Assembly (NCBI GenBank): GCA_013239625.1
Contig: MU054117.1
Coordinates: forward strand, 1,610,011 to 1,674,010
Length of the DNA stretch: 64,000 nucleotides
Source of the DNA: Lama guanicoe
Lineage: Eukaryota
Direction: 5' to 3'
A program made the translations under genes and the position numbers. The stretch's first letter is position 1, and each line of letters opens with the position of its first letter. The notes below the pieces were generated by a model. It was not told the origin of the DNA. It saw only the letters and a list, made by a program, of their open reading frames with translations, and ran no database searches. Below, one piece after another: positions 24,383 to 36,820 of this stretch.

Positions 24383-24764
24383 GTAGGGGAGTCTACGTGC
24401 CTGAAGGGGGTGCCCCAGTGCAGACGACCCAGATGAACCTGCCAGCTCCCCTGTGGTCCTCAGGGGTCACAGCTTCTGGATGTTCCTTAGTGTCTTTGGG
24501 AGCGAGTGGGTTCCGGTCTTCATTGTCATCTGACTCGGCCCAGCATTGTCTGAGCCTCCCTGCCCCAACACAGAACACGGTTCTAAACTGGCTCCTTCTG
24601 GAAGATCTTTGAAATCAGTTCAGTGAGAATTTCCCTGGAATGCTTAAGGGCAGTTTTGCCAAAAAAAAAAGCTAGTAAGGAATAAATTAAGTAAAATTTG
24701 ATCCACATTGAAGCACAGCCAAGGAATTTTAATAAGTGTTTTCTTTTCTTAACGTTTCCCCCAG

Positions 24765-24858
24765 GTGTGTTACATTGAGGGTCACAGGGTAATCAATCTG
24801 GCCAATGAGATGTTTGGCTACAATGGCTGGGCACACTCCGTCACGCAGCAGAACGTGG
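24765..24858 (+). CDS. RAD52: RAD52 exon: [31 protein letters not shown]
   Basis: Hallmark FGYNGW motif; donor |GTGAGT. Confidence 0.99.
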
Positions 24859-24992
24859 GTGAGTTCGCTTCTCCCCGGGCCCCGCCGGGCTCCGGCCAGC
24901 TTCTGACAGCAGCGGTGAGCGCGGGCACGCGGCCAGGGTCCGGGCAGGCACGGGTCAGCGTCCCTTCAGCTGGTTCTCCTTCCCACCCCTAG

Positions 24993-25060
24993 ATTTTGTT
25001 GACCTTAACAATGGCAAGTTCTACGTGGGAGTCTGTGCGTTTGTGAGAGTCCAGCTGAAG
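24993..25060 (+). CDS. RAD52: RAD52 exon: (D)[22 protein letters not shown]
   Basis: TAG| and |GTGAGG; phase-consistent. Confidence 0.98.
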
Positions 25061-26406
25061 GTGAGGGTGAGGGAGCAGACTGCTGCCCTCGAGCCCGGGG
25101 GGCGGGAGGGGAGCGCTGGCCGTGGGGAGTCCACAGAGCGGGGCCGGAGCTGGCCTAGGGCGACGTCCAAACAGCCTTCCTCCCAGGCCCCGAAAGGAAT
25201 TTTGAAAAACTGTTCTCTTGCACATTTTTAGGTAGACAACTTAAAGTTGTCACCATAAATACAAACAGTTGCAAAAGTATATTTTTTGGCATACTGTAAA
25301 ATTGTACCGTCTACGATAAATGTGTTGTATCTTTGTAAACTGTACTGATGGATTCTAAATCCCACAGAGGACTGAATGCTGGCATCCATTTAAAAGAACA
25401 CAGCAGCAAGTTATTCTTTAATCATCAGAAATTTTACATTGTTTCCTCTTGAACACACATTTCCATTCCATTTTCCCCTTGGCTTTTACCCTCATATATA
25501 TAATTGAAAATCTTTTATTAATAACCTTACACTTGTCTGTCTCTGTGCGTGTATACAAATTTGGGGGGTGGTAAATAGCCAGTGGGCTGAAGGCTCTATT
25601 AAAAAATGTCTTCTGGATTGATTACTGTTATAGGCATTATTAACACACAATTGATGTGTCAATGTGTTTATGTTGAGACAACATAACTACATCTAAATAT
25701 TTACACTTAATAAAAACACAGTTCTATAGAAAATGCATTCCTTAATAAGAAGGATAAAGCTGCTTTATTCTGTTCAGGTAGTTTATAGCTAGTTTATAGC
25801 CATAGTCAGTATTACTTACTTGTAGATTAGACATTTAGCATTAATTCTGTTCTGACTTATTTTTGTAAGTAGTGCTGAAAAGCCTCATTCACAGACCTAG
25901 ACTGGGAGTGGAAGGAGTTTGTTGCAGTGCCATTCACCTGTCTGAACACCTTGAGCTGTGTGTTAGAAGTTGGCGCTGCCATCACAAGTTACACTCGGCT
26001 GTCTGTCAGCGACCAGCTCCACCAGGCCCACCGCCCCCTCTGGCGGGAGCCCGGGAACCCACAGCGCCCGCCCCGGGGGAGGGCTTGTGTCCAGCCCTTG
26101 GAGTCTGTTGATAACGATATTCCAAACCTTCCTTTTGTTGGGTGTCCCAAAGGTCATTACACTGTGGGCTAATGCGTCTCAGCAAGACCGGGGTAGGTTA
26201 GGCACGCGCCTTTTGTATGCAGGGAGGAAAGCGGGGAGCAGAGCCCTCTGGACAGTTGGACCGCAGGCCCATTTCCAGGCAGAGCTGGTCCAGCGACACG
26301 CGGTGGAAATTGAGTGCTCCGGCCCTGCCGGTGCTGCAGGCCGGGGCGCTTTCCGCCCTGCTGGAGCACTGCTGCTCCCACACCCCTCCCTTCTCTTCTC
26401 CCCCAG

Positions 26407-26525
26407 GACGGCTCGTATCATGAAGACGTGGGCTACGGCGTGAGCGAGGGCCTCAAGTCCAAAGCCTTGTCCCTGGAGAAGGCGAGGAAGGAGGCTGTGA
26501 CGGACGGGCTGAAGCGGGCGCTCAG
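26407..26525 (+). CDS. RAD52: RAD52 exon: [39 protein letters not shown](R)
   Basis: Conserved core motif; GT-AG. Confidence 0.99.
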
Positions 26526-27410
26526 GTAGGCAGATCCTGTGCATTTCAGCTCTGGTTCAGAGCCGAGCTTGATCCAGAGGATCCAGAGGAAACGCGTTCA
26601 CATGTTCAAGGGTTGAAATAACCTGAGTGCCCCTACCCCATCCCTCTGCGGCCTCTTCCTGCCCTCCTCTGTGTCCCCAGGCCGCGTGCTGCCGAGGCCT
26701 CCCTCTCCGGGGAGGAAGTCGTGGGCCCCCTGTTGTCCCTTTCCTCCCGACTTGCACCCCAACTCCTCGACTCAGGAGTGCATCCCGGAGACCTTTCCAC
26801 GTGGCCGCACAGATCGCTTCCTTAGCCTCTTTAGTACAACCACAGTTCTCCAGGCTACATAGAGCACGGGTTTTAACCTTTTTTGGGTCATAGATGCCTT
26901 TGAGAATTGAATCACCAAAAAAATAACTTTAGTGCATGTGTAAACACACACTAAAAATTCGCAATACCATAACCTGTGGTGGGGAGGGGGGGGTCCCTGT
27001 GAGCCAAGCAAAGAACCTCAGCCCTGGAGCACAGTGCCCGAGTGTGCACTCACCGTTACTGGGGCCCTGGGGCGGTCCGTGCAAATAAACCTTGCTCTGG
27101 ACTGTGTGCTGCACGCCAGGAGGTAGCTGGTGGGGTTCTGTGAAGGGTGTCCCAGTCTTGCAGACTCACTGCCTGCCCCCGAGGGTCGGGGTTTGTGACA
27201 TGCTCACTGCTGTGGGCTCAGAGCCTCCTACGGGGCAGGCACGGGGCAGGCACAGGGCAGGGGCTTCACACACGCTTTTGAGTGTGCATCAGCGGCCATT
27301 TCCTCTGCTGCGGCGGAGGCGCAGTCTGCACGGAGCTTGTGACTCTGTTCTCTGGTGCTGACATTCACGGTTCTCAGCCCTGTTTCACGGTCTTCCTTTC
27401 TCACCCCCAG

Positions 27411-27486
27411 AAGTTTTGGGAATGCGCTTGGAAATTGTATTCTGGACAAAGACTATCTGAGGTCACTGAACAAGCTTCCACACCAG
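27411..27486 (+). CDS. RAD52: RAD52 exon: [25 protein letters not shown]
   Basis: FGNALGNC motif; donor |GTATGT. Confidence 0.98.
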
Positions 27487-28129
27487 GTATGTTAGGAACG
27501 GGATGCAATGTGCTGCCGTGAAGGTGGAACCGCTGATTTGTGTCACGAGGTGTGTCTGGTGATGGAGGGAGACGACGGGAAGGAGCAGCGGTTGAGAGGG
27601 TCTGGAACGTGGCTCAGAGCGACGTGCGCGGGAGACCAGCAGGAGCGGCCGCCCCGCCCGCGGCGGTGGAGCCTGGAGCTGCCGTGCCACTTGCCTCCTG
27701 GGGGTCTGTGAACCCGGGGGGGGGGGCACAGATCCGGCTCAGCAGCCCGTCCCGTCCTAGGAACACTCAGAGCCTCACCCCTCCACCTTGCGTCTCCTTC
27801 GCTCTGGCGTCTTTAAGGTTCTTGTCTCCCTTGTTTCTGTCGACGCCTGTCATGCGATCTGCACGTTGGCTTTTGGAGACGGACGGGCCTGGGGTTTAGC
27901 GTGAACGGCCGGTGTCACAGCGTTCCTGGGGCGGCTCCGCGGGCGTCCTGGGTCGGGGGCAGCCGTCCCTCTCCCCTCCTGAGGGATGCTTTTTCTTGTG
28001 CTGCCCCACAGAGGTGTGTGTCAATTGGCAGCTGTCAAAACTCCATTTTCCCCCCTTTTTAAATCCTTTTGATACATTACTAATCTCAGTTTGCTCGTGT
28101 TTTATTAAGGACTTTTGCATGTGTTTACA

Positions 28130-31000
28130 AGGGATAGTGTAGCTTCTCTTTGCCGTAAAAAGCACAAACATGAAGTTTCCCGTTTTGGCCATTTTTAAGC
28201 GCACAGTTCAGCAGTGAAGCCCATCTCCAGAACTTACGTACCGAGACTCTGCACCCGTAGCACGACGCCCTCGCACCCCCGCCCCCGCCGGCCAGCGCGC
28301 CGCTGTCTGCGTGCCTGCGACTAGAGCCCGCACGTAAATGCAGGCACACGGGTTTGCCTTCCTGTGACTGGCTTTCTGCCACCTAGGATACCGTCCTCAA
28401 GGTTCATCTGTGCGGCGGCAGGCGGCAGAATTCCGCCCCTTCTAAGGCTGAGCACCGCGCCGCTGCCCGCCGCGTCTTCACGCCGTCACCCCGCGACGGG
28501 CACGCGGCCCTCCCGCGGGCGCTGCTTCTGGCTTCGGCGGACGCGGATCCGCAAGTAGGGCTTCTGGAGCGCGGGGGGGTGGCGCCTGTCAGCACTGTTC
28601 CTTGAGGCCCTCCTGCGCGGGTCTCTGTGACGCTGCCCTGTTCCGCAGCTCAGCCAGCTCGCCCCGGCTGCCGGCGTCCCCACGTCCTTGCCGGCGGGGG
28701 CTGTGGTTTCCTTCAGCGCCGGGGAGCCCGCTGCGCTGCCGCTCTGCCGAGCGCTTTCGCACCAGCTTTCATCAGGGATGTTGGCCTATAGTTTTCTTGT
28801 AGCGGCCTTTCCCCTTGTATTGTTTTTGTCTGGTTTTGGGATCAGAATAATGCTGGCCTCACAGAATGAGCTTGGAAGTGTTCCCTCCTCTTCAGTGTTC
28901 TGGAAGAGTTTGAGGGTCGGTGCTAACTCTTTAAGCGCCCGGTGGACGTCTCCCGTGAAGCCGTGCAGCCCGGGCCTCGTTGTTCCCGTCGGCAGGCTCT
29001 TGTTTACCCGAACGCTCGCTCCACCAGCTGCTGGTCTGGTTCTGTTTCTTCGTGAGTCAGTCTTGGCGGCTTGCATGCTGTGCAGACGTGTGTCTGACTT
29101 GCTGCTGTACAATTGTTCATGGTATTCTCAATTTTTTATTTCTTTGGTGTCAACGGCAGTGTCCCTTCTTTCCTTTCTGATTTTAGTCATTTGAGTTCCC
29201 TTTTTACTTTATCTAGCTAAGAGTTTGTCAATTTTGTTAATCTTTAAAAAAAAAACAAAACTTAGTTTTGTTGATTTTTTTCTGTTGTTTTCCTGTTGTT
29301 TCATGTATCTCTGCTCTAAGCTTTATTTCCGTTCTTCTGCCCGCGTGCGCCAGCTGTAAACTTCCCTCTAGCGTTGCTTTTGCTGCGTACAGTGCTAGTG
29401 TGTTGCATTTGCATTTGCATTTGCCTCAAGATACTTTCTAACCTCCTTTGAGTTGTTGCCCCACTGGGTTGTATTAAGGACGCGCTATTTAATTTCCACG
29501 TTTGTGAATTTTACAGTTTTCCTTCTGCCGTTGATTTCCGGTTCAATTTCATTGTAATTGGTGGATACTAAGTCTTCTTTAGCTTGTGAAGTCTTGCCTT
29601 CCAGCCTGCCGTGCAGCCCGTGGGAGCGCGTCCACGCGCGTCTGAGGAGCAGCTGTGCCCCGCCGCTGCCGGGCGGAGGTGCCGGGCGGCGGTGCCGGGC
29701 GGAGTGCCGGTCGCGCCCGCGCGGTCAGCTCCGCTGCTTCCTTGTTGGTTTTCTGCGCTTCTCCCCGGGATAGTGAAGTCTGCTGCTCTCGCTGTCTCAC
29801 TGTGTATTTCTCCTTTCACTTCGAAGCTTACTTTATATATTTAGGGGCTCTGGTGTTTGGTACGTATTTTTACGTGTTATGTCTTCATGGTGAATTGACC
29901 GTTTTCTCAATGTCCTTTTTGTCTCGGAACAGTTTTTGACTTGTCTGTTTTTTCTGACGTTGGTATAGCCCCCCCCACCCCGCCCTCTTTGGTCACCATT
30001 TACATGGAGTATCTTTTCCCACCTGTTTACCTACGACCTGTGTGTGTCTTTAGAGCTGAAGTTAAGCTGTTAAGTTCTACGTGTAAGTTGTATCTTGTTT
30101 TTTCATCCCCCAGCTAGTCTACAGCTTTTGGTTGGGGCTGGTTTGGTTAATCCATTTACACTTAGGTTAGTGTTGAGAGGGAAGGGCTCAGTATTGCCAT
30201 TTTGTTAATTGTCCTCTGTATGTCTTGTAGCATAGCTTGTTTTTTTGTTTGTTTGTTTTTATCCGCTTTCCTCTCTGCCGTTCTTTGTTTTATAGGTTTT
30301 TTTGGTAGTGACATGATTTAACGCCCTCCTTTTCTTTTGTGTATATGCTGTAGATGTTTTCTTTGTGGTTACCATTGCAATTATAGAAAACACTTTAAAG
30401 TTATAACATTCCATTTTAAACTAATAAATTGCATGTAGAAACTGCAGTCCTTTACACCCCACCCCCTGTATGTTACTGATGCTGCTGCATGTTACACCTT
30501 CATGTATCGTATGTCCACTAACACAGGTCTATAGTTACAGAAGTTTTAATGGCTTAAAATTTTAATTTCTGTACTCATTAGTATTAGTGGCTTTTTTCAT
30601 TTAAATTCTGTGCACCCAGATCACAGTAATACAGGTCACTGTTTTGTCTGTGTATTTACCTTTTCTACAGAACTTTTCATTTTTGTGTGGCTTCATGTTG
30701 CTGCCTGGCATCCTTTCAGTTTGAGGACTCCCTGTAGCAGTTCTTGTAGGGCAGGTCTAGTGGTAAGGACCTCCCTCTGCTTCTGTTTATTTGAAAGTCT
30801 TAATTTCTCCATTTTTGAAGAATAGCTTTGCCGGATGGCTATTGTTGGCTAAGTTTTTTTCTTTCAGTACTTTGACTATATCATCCTTTCCTTTCTGGCC
30901 TATAACACTTCTACTGAGAATCTGATCATCTTAGGGGGGCACTTTGTTATGTGACATTTTGCTTTTCTCTTGCTGTTTGCAAGACTTCTGACTTTTTTAA
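28130..31000 (-). mobile_element. Antisense L1 fragments (3'UTR piece plus ORF2 piece) in a RAD52 intron
   Basis: ATGCTGGCCTCACAGAATGAGCTTGGAAGTGTTCCCTCC; minus-strand ORF2-like peptide TLPSSFCEASIILIPKPDK; GGGCAGGTCTAGTGGT. Confidence 0.85.
29667..29710 (+). repeat. GC minisatellite (TGCCGGGCGGNGG)x3+
   Basis: Units start at 29667, 29680, 29693 and 29705 (partial). Confidence 0.85.
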
Positions 31001-31027
31001 AAACTTGAGATTTAACTGACAATGTTA

Positions 31028-31349
31028 CAGGCAGACCACATTTTGTAGAGCTTCACTTTACTGCACTTCGCAGGTACTGCCTTTTTTTTTCCCCCACAAA
31101 TTAAAGGTTTGTGGCAACTCTGCGTTGTCAGGTGATAGCGTTTTTTAGCAATAAATTATTTTTTGGCCCGGTATGTGCATTTTTTTTGACATGCTGCTGC
31201 TGCACACAATATACTACAATGGAGTGTAAACAGAGCTCTTAGAGGCACTGAGACACGTAAGACTTGGTTGTGTGACTCGCCTTGTTGCTGCTTCTGCTTT
31301 ATCGTGGGGGGTCTGGAACCAGACCTGCAAGACCTTGAGCTGTGCCTGC
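31028..31349. mobile_element. Tigger1-derived internally deleted element (MITE-like)
   Basis: CAGGCA...CTTCACTTTACTGCACTTCGCAG...AAGGTTTGTGGCAAC 5' end and GGTCTGGAACC...TGCCTG 3' end. Confidence 0.75.
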
Positions 31350-33392
31350 ATGTTAGCGTCCAGTGTACAATGCAGTGATTCAGTGCTTTTACATACACAG
31401 CAAGTGTAGCTACATCCATCACCACACTTGTGTACAAACCTGTGTTTCTTGTGAGAACTTTCAAGATTGACTCTTTAAGCAACAATTATGTACACAACAG
31501 TGTTGTTAATTACCTGTAGTCACCAGGCTGCACATCACCTCCCCAGAACTTGTTTTTCATAACTGGAAGTTTGTCCTGGACCCACTTTGCCCCTGGCCAC
31601 CACCAGTCTGTTCTTTGTACCTCTGAAGAACTCAGGTTTTGTATCTTTCAGCCCACATGTGAGTGAGATCATGTGGTATTTATTTTTCTTTGAGTTATTT
31701 CACTTGTTTAGCAAAGTGCCCTCAGGATCCATACATGTTGTTGCAAATGACAAGATTTTTCTTCTTTATGACCGAATAATATTCCATCGTCTGCATACTA
31801 GTTCTTCACCAGTGGAGATTTACTTGCTTCCCAGCACTCCAGGGCCCCATTTTGCTCCTGCCATTCACCACCCTGAATGTATCTTTTCAAAAGTAACTAC
31901 TTTCCTGACTTCTTTATTCTGACTTTTAGTCTCAGGTTATTTTTTCCTATTTTTGAACTTTACATAAATGGAATTGCACTTTGTGCTCTATAAATAGTAT
32001 TAAAAAGGACATGTAGACAATGCACACATCATAAATGTTCAGCTGGATGAATTCTAAGAGCAAACACACCCACATAACCAGCATCTGAATCTGGGTGGAC
32101 CTCCCAGGACCCCAGAGGTCTCCAGCCCTTGCAGTTGCTGCCAGCCCTCCCGTTCGTCTCATCCCCGAGGAAAACCTCTCTGCGCAGCACAAGTCAGTCT
32201 GGACTGCGCTGCACGTCCGGGAACCAGACAGGATGAACTGCTGTGTGTCTGGCCTTCGTCCCGCACGTGCGAGGCTCGTTCTCGCCACGTGTGGCGCTTT
32301 CGCTGCTGCTGACTCTTCTGCTGCTGGTCCTCCCCTTCCGATTTACTAGGCAGCGGAGATTTCCACAGGCTGTTTTGAGGAGGGCTGCTGTCAGCGTTGC
32401 CGTACGCGCCGTTTGGCGCGCACGCACCCACGTGTGTTGGCAGCTGTTGGGCCAGCGGGAGGAGAGTGGGTGCCAGGTTGCGTGGTCTGGTGCGCTGGGC
32501 CACACCCCACAGACCCGTGTGTGAGGGCGCTGGCGGCAGTTTTGTCTTCTCCGCTCACTCCCCCCCCCCCACAGGTTACCACCTTAGACATTAAGGGCGC
32601 AGCTCTGTGGCACCGGGTACGCTGGTGATGCCGAGCGCCCATCACTACCAGCCATCTCTGTGACTCTCTTCTGGTAAAACTGACGCTGTGTGCCCGCGGA
32701 GCAGGAACTCCCGCTCCCTCCTCCCACAGCCCCTGGCCCCACCGTGCTCCTGTGTCTGATTCTGACCACTCTGCCTCGTTATCAGTGGAGTCACTGTGTT
32801 TGTCCTCTGGTGACCGACCTGTTCCACTTAGCACCCTGTCCTCGGGGTCAACCCCGGTCAGAGCATGAGCTTGTTTCTTTTTAACTTACCTGCTTACTTT
32901 CCGATGTAGGTAAGAAACTTCACAGGCCCATTTTCATTTTCAGCTTATCTTTATCTTTCATCATTTCCAGGTTATCTCCACCCCTCGTATTCCATTGTTC
33001 TGTCAGCATCGGTATTATTGAGAGCGCTTCTCCCAGGAGAAAAATCCCTGGGTTTCTGTAGCGCGATTATTTCCAAACAGAAAATTAGACAGCGTCAGGT
33101 CCGGCTGCCCAGGGAGAGGCCCATTAGGCTTTGCAGAGCGTTTGCCCTGGTGAGAACTGAACTACGACTTCTTACCAAAACCGCACTAACACAGGACGGT
33201 GTGAGACAGAAAATGAGGCTGTTTTACTCCTCATGTAATTAAAGCCACTCCTCGAGCTTGTGGGCCCCCGTCTCGGCCTCCCCGGACCAGCAGGCGTGCT
33301 GGGGAGCGGGCTGGAGCGGGCGGGGAGAGGCCGCTTCTCGGGGGGAAGGGCAGGTGGAGGAAGGTCTTTTCTCCCCTCTCTTCCCTTGTTAG

Positions 33393-33589
33393 TTGCCTCT
33401 TGAGGTGGATTTAACTAAAGCAAAGAGACAAGACTTTGAACCATCTGTGGAGCGAGCCAGATACAGCAGCTGCCGACAGAGCATGGCTCTGGGACCCCCA
33501 AAACCACCAGAGGTGCCCTCCCCTTGCAGACCAGACCACTCAGATGGCCCCCATGTTGTGACACTGGGGGACAAGGACAGCAGCTCCCG
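33393..33589 (+). CDS. RAD52: RAD52 exon: [27 protein letters not shown]...KDSSS(R)
   Basis: TAG| and |GTACGC; phase-consistent. Confidence 0.95.
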
Positions 33590-33740
33590 GTACGCACCCC
33601 CGCTGCCCCTTCCCGAGTGTCCCCCGTTACCTCCTCCTGCCCTTGCAGCAAGCGTGGGTGGCGTGCTCCCTCGGGGACTGCGTGCTGCTTCACCAGGTGG
33701 TCCAGGAACCCGCTCCCACCCTGCTGCTCTTCCGACACAG

Positions 33741-33880
33741 AAGCCTGACCTCCTCCGCCGCCGAGAGCGACGCCACACACCAGCGGAAGCTCCGGCAGAA
33801 GCAGCTGCAGCAGCAGTTCCGGGAGCAGATGGAGAGACAGCAGCACCTGTCTGCCCCGCCGGCCAGGAAGAGGGACCAGG
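33741..33880 (+). CDS. RAD52: RAD52 exon: [33 protein letters not shown]... (RPA-interacting region)
   Basis: [14 protein letters not shown] motif; GT-AG. Confidence 0.97.
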
Positions 33881-34904
33881 GTGAGGGGCCGCAAGTGGGG
33901 CCGGCGGGGGCTCGGGGTGGGGGGCGTCGGCTCCAAACAGGACTCAGCAGGACTTCTCTCCAGGTGTGCGCAGGACAGACCAGGCCAAAGAATTCAGATC
34001 GTGACGTCCTGCCACGCATTTCCCCGCGACTAAAGACACTGACTTGGGGGGCAGGACACAGGCCTTGACGTAATCTGGACTAGACATCTCGGGGTACAGA
34101 ACTTTTCTTCACCCTCTGTTACTTTGGCTACGTCTGCAGGAGAAAGCCTTCTGAGCTGTCTTTGAACGTAAAGCAAAGTTGGGTTTGAAGATAATGGGGG
34201 CTTTTGGCAGTCCTTTATCCATGGACTTCATTTTAGTGTCCACATTCACTGAGAGTGGTAGATAGACTTTTCCTTTTTTTGGAGTCTTTCCCAGAGAGTA
34301 GGGGAAAAAAAGGGGGCTTATCCAAGAGCAACTGGAGTTTTGCCCAGCTTCTCCCTAAACATTATGAAGAAAGAGGGCTTGCTCTATGTTTAGTTTCTGG
34401 CATTGCCCTCAGCACTGACAGGCTGAAATTACTGCAGGACAGAACCCCAGGCCGCCTGTGCCGGGGGCGTTCTTAGTGAGCGTCGCGATGCGGGAGCCTC
34501 AGCGCGCGCCGCCGCGGAGGCCCCGGGGGTGTGGGGTGGAGGGGGCGTCCGCCAGGGCTTCTTCCCCCGCCCCCAGTCAGACCGACAGCTGTTACGTTGG
34601 TTTTACATGTTGGTTTCTGCTTAAGATTCTGTTTGAGCAAGGGTTATAGCTTTAAAAAGTAAAAACCAGATGGGAAGGCTCATAATAACCCTTCTACTTC
34701 TGCTGGCAGAGGAGAAACCACCCCCCCCGCCAGTATGGCGAGAAAAAGAAAACAGTATTAGCAACCCCATTTTACGCAGCTCTGTAGGCAGGCCTGGGAC
34801 GCGGCATCTGGAGCCACCCTGGCCGCGCTGCGCCGGGGACGCCGCACCGGCCCGCGGCCGCCTCCCCGCCGGCCATGGCTCTGAGCTCCGTCCTCTCTCT
34901 GCAG

Positions 34905-34988
34905 CGGCGCCGCTGGTGCCTCCTGCCGAGCACGGCGCCTCCGGAACTGCGGTCTCAGAGCCAGGAGCCCAGACAGACGTCCTCACAG
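34905..34988 (+). CDS. RAD52: RAD52 exon: (A)APLVPPAEHGASGTAVSEPGAQTDVLT
   Basis: CTCTCTCTGCAG| and |GTCAGT; phase 1-1; divergent sequence. Confidence 0.85.
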
Positions 34989-35319
34989 GTCAGTGGGGCT
35001 GACGGAACGGCCTCGGTACTCATCAGTAAGCACCCATGAAGCCCTGGAGTCTTGGCATCACAGATACCTGACTTCCATCCGCTCTGTAGAGGGAGGGCCC
35101 AAGTGGACGGATGGCAGTTCTGACCGCCGCGACCGCACACACTCAGCTCCTCTCCTGTCCTAACCGCAGACACGCTCAGAGAACCCACTCTTCGGGGTTG
35201 GGGAAGAGCAATTCCAAACACCGCTGTGGGGCACTTGTGACGTGCAATTTCTTACGACCTGTTTTCTCCAGCACTTCCTGTGCAAAGGTTACATCCTCCT
35301 GTGTCCTCTGTCCTTGCAG

Positions 35320-35535
35320 ACAGTCTTGAACTGTGGGACCTGGCTCCAGATGCAGGGGACAGTGTGGTCAAGCCCTCGTCTAAACCACAACCACCGCAGA
35401 CTCCTGCCACCTCAGTCCTGAAGAACCAGGTGGAGACCCAGAGCAGGACCCCACAAAGCCTTTGCCAACAGAATCCACCAGCAAAACCTGGACCCTGGCA
35501 CCTCCAAACCTATAACCCGAACCAGCAACTAACAG
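35320..35535 (+). CDS. RAD52: RAD52 exon: (D)SLELWDLAPDAGDSVVKPSS...HLQTYNPNQQLT
   Basis: TTGCAG| and |GTAGCA; similar to the RAD52 C-terminal region. Confidence 0.93.
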
Positions 35536-35967
35536 GTAGCAAAGCGTTTTAGGAGCAGGGACTGAACGGAGAGCCTGGGCCTGATTCTGTGAGTTTTAGA
35601 GGAAGGATGACACTCTGTTTTAAGAAGCCGGAGGGACCCATGCCAGACAGCAGTGAGAGAGCAGGGCAGCTGGTTCAAGAGCTCCAAGCCTCCTCTGGGC
35701 CGCGACTCGGGGAGTAGCCCCCTGCGGTGGGGGGCGCTTAAGCGCTGCGTGAGGAGCCTTCCCGGTAGAGTCGGGCCCCTGTGGCTCCCAGCGCAGCTTG
35801 GTTTGGGGCTCGCCGCGCACTCGGTCTTGCTCGTGGCAGTTTTCACCCCCGCGCTTTTAGTCTGAAGCAGGATCGCTAGTTGATACAATTCGCAAAGTAT
35901 TAGCTATCACTTCGTTCCTCATTTTAAAGTCACGGCAGCTACATTTAAATGACTTTCTCTCCCACAG

Positions 35968-36029
35968 GAGACTGTGACTCCTCTTGGAAGAACCAGGACA
36001 TGAAGAAAAGGAAACTGGAGCCGTCTTAA
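35968..36029 (+). CDS. RAD52: RAD52 last coding exon: (G)DCDSSWKNQDMKKRKLEPS*; total CDS 1239 nt / 412 aa
   Basis: C-terminal KKRK NLS; TAA at 36027-36029. Confidence 0.96.
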
Positions 36030-36542
36030 CCGAGGCACCTCACTAGACTGTCACGGGGGGATGGTCACAGACTTCGTGGGCGTGAAATGACTCGTCGTTC
36101 CTGGGGAATGAGCTTTACTTCCAGGCGTTTGCCTTGCTTCATTCTGAACCTGACCAGAGGCTGCGGCTCCTGGAACCTGCTGCAGACAGAGCCCGGCGGC
36201 CGGACACGAGCACTTCACAGAAGCGTCACACGTGCAGCGGGCAGCTCTGCCAAGACAAAACCCCTCTTCTTTGGTCCTTGAGGCTCCTCACTGTTGACTG
36301 CTGAGCTGTCACAGTGGTGAAGACAGGAATTCTAGGAGCCCCCGTGGCTCCTTGCTCCTGGGCACCAGCCTCAGCAGGACGCCGCCGATGAGCCGAGCTC
36401 CCGCCCCGGAGGGCGGCGCGCTCCTGATGCTGCCTCGTGCGGCTGCCGCCTTCTCCGACAGCCCCCAGTCTGCCGTTCGTGACGTCTCCTAGTCAAGGAA
36501 ATAATCATCTAAGACCAAAGAAAAGGCATTTTAAGACAGCAA

Positions 36543-36548
36543 AATAAA
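36543..36548 (+). terminator. RAD52: Candidate RAD52 poly(A) signal AATAAA
   Basis: First canonical hexamer seen, ~510 nt after the stop. Confidence 0.6.
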
Positions 36549-36564
36549 TCCTTTGTAACATAAT

Positions 36565-36820
36565 GCAGGCATACCTCTCTTAATTGCACTTTGCAGATAT
36601 TGTGGGGTTTTTTAAACAAATCGAAGGCTTCTGGCAGCCCTGTGTCAAGAATTTTCCCAACGGCATTTTAAAGTATATATTGTTTTAGATATAACACTAT
36701 CACACACTTAACAGACTACAGCAGAGACATAATTTTTATGTGCAAAGGGAGCCCCACCCGTGACCTAAGTAACTGTTCACATTCGCCTGTTGCAGATGTG
36801 AGCTAGAACCCACCTCGGCA
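36565..36820. mobile_element. Second Tigger1-derived short element
   Basis: CAGGCATACCTC...TTGCACTTTGCAGATA...CACACTTAACAGACTACAG; homologous to 31028-31349. Confidence 0.7.

Noticed and set aside
28786..29112. 108-aa minus-strand ORF with L1 ORF2-like peptide
   Set aside because: Short degenerate L1 remnant, not an intact or domesticated ORF.
35965..35970. NAGNAG (CAG GAG) at the last RAD52 acceptor
   Set aside because: GAG is a rarely used acceptor and the effect would be one residue.
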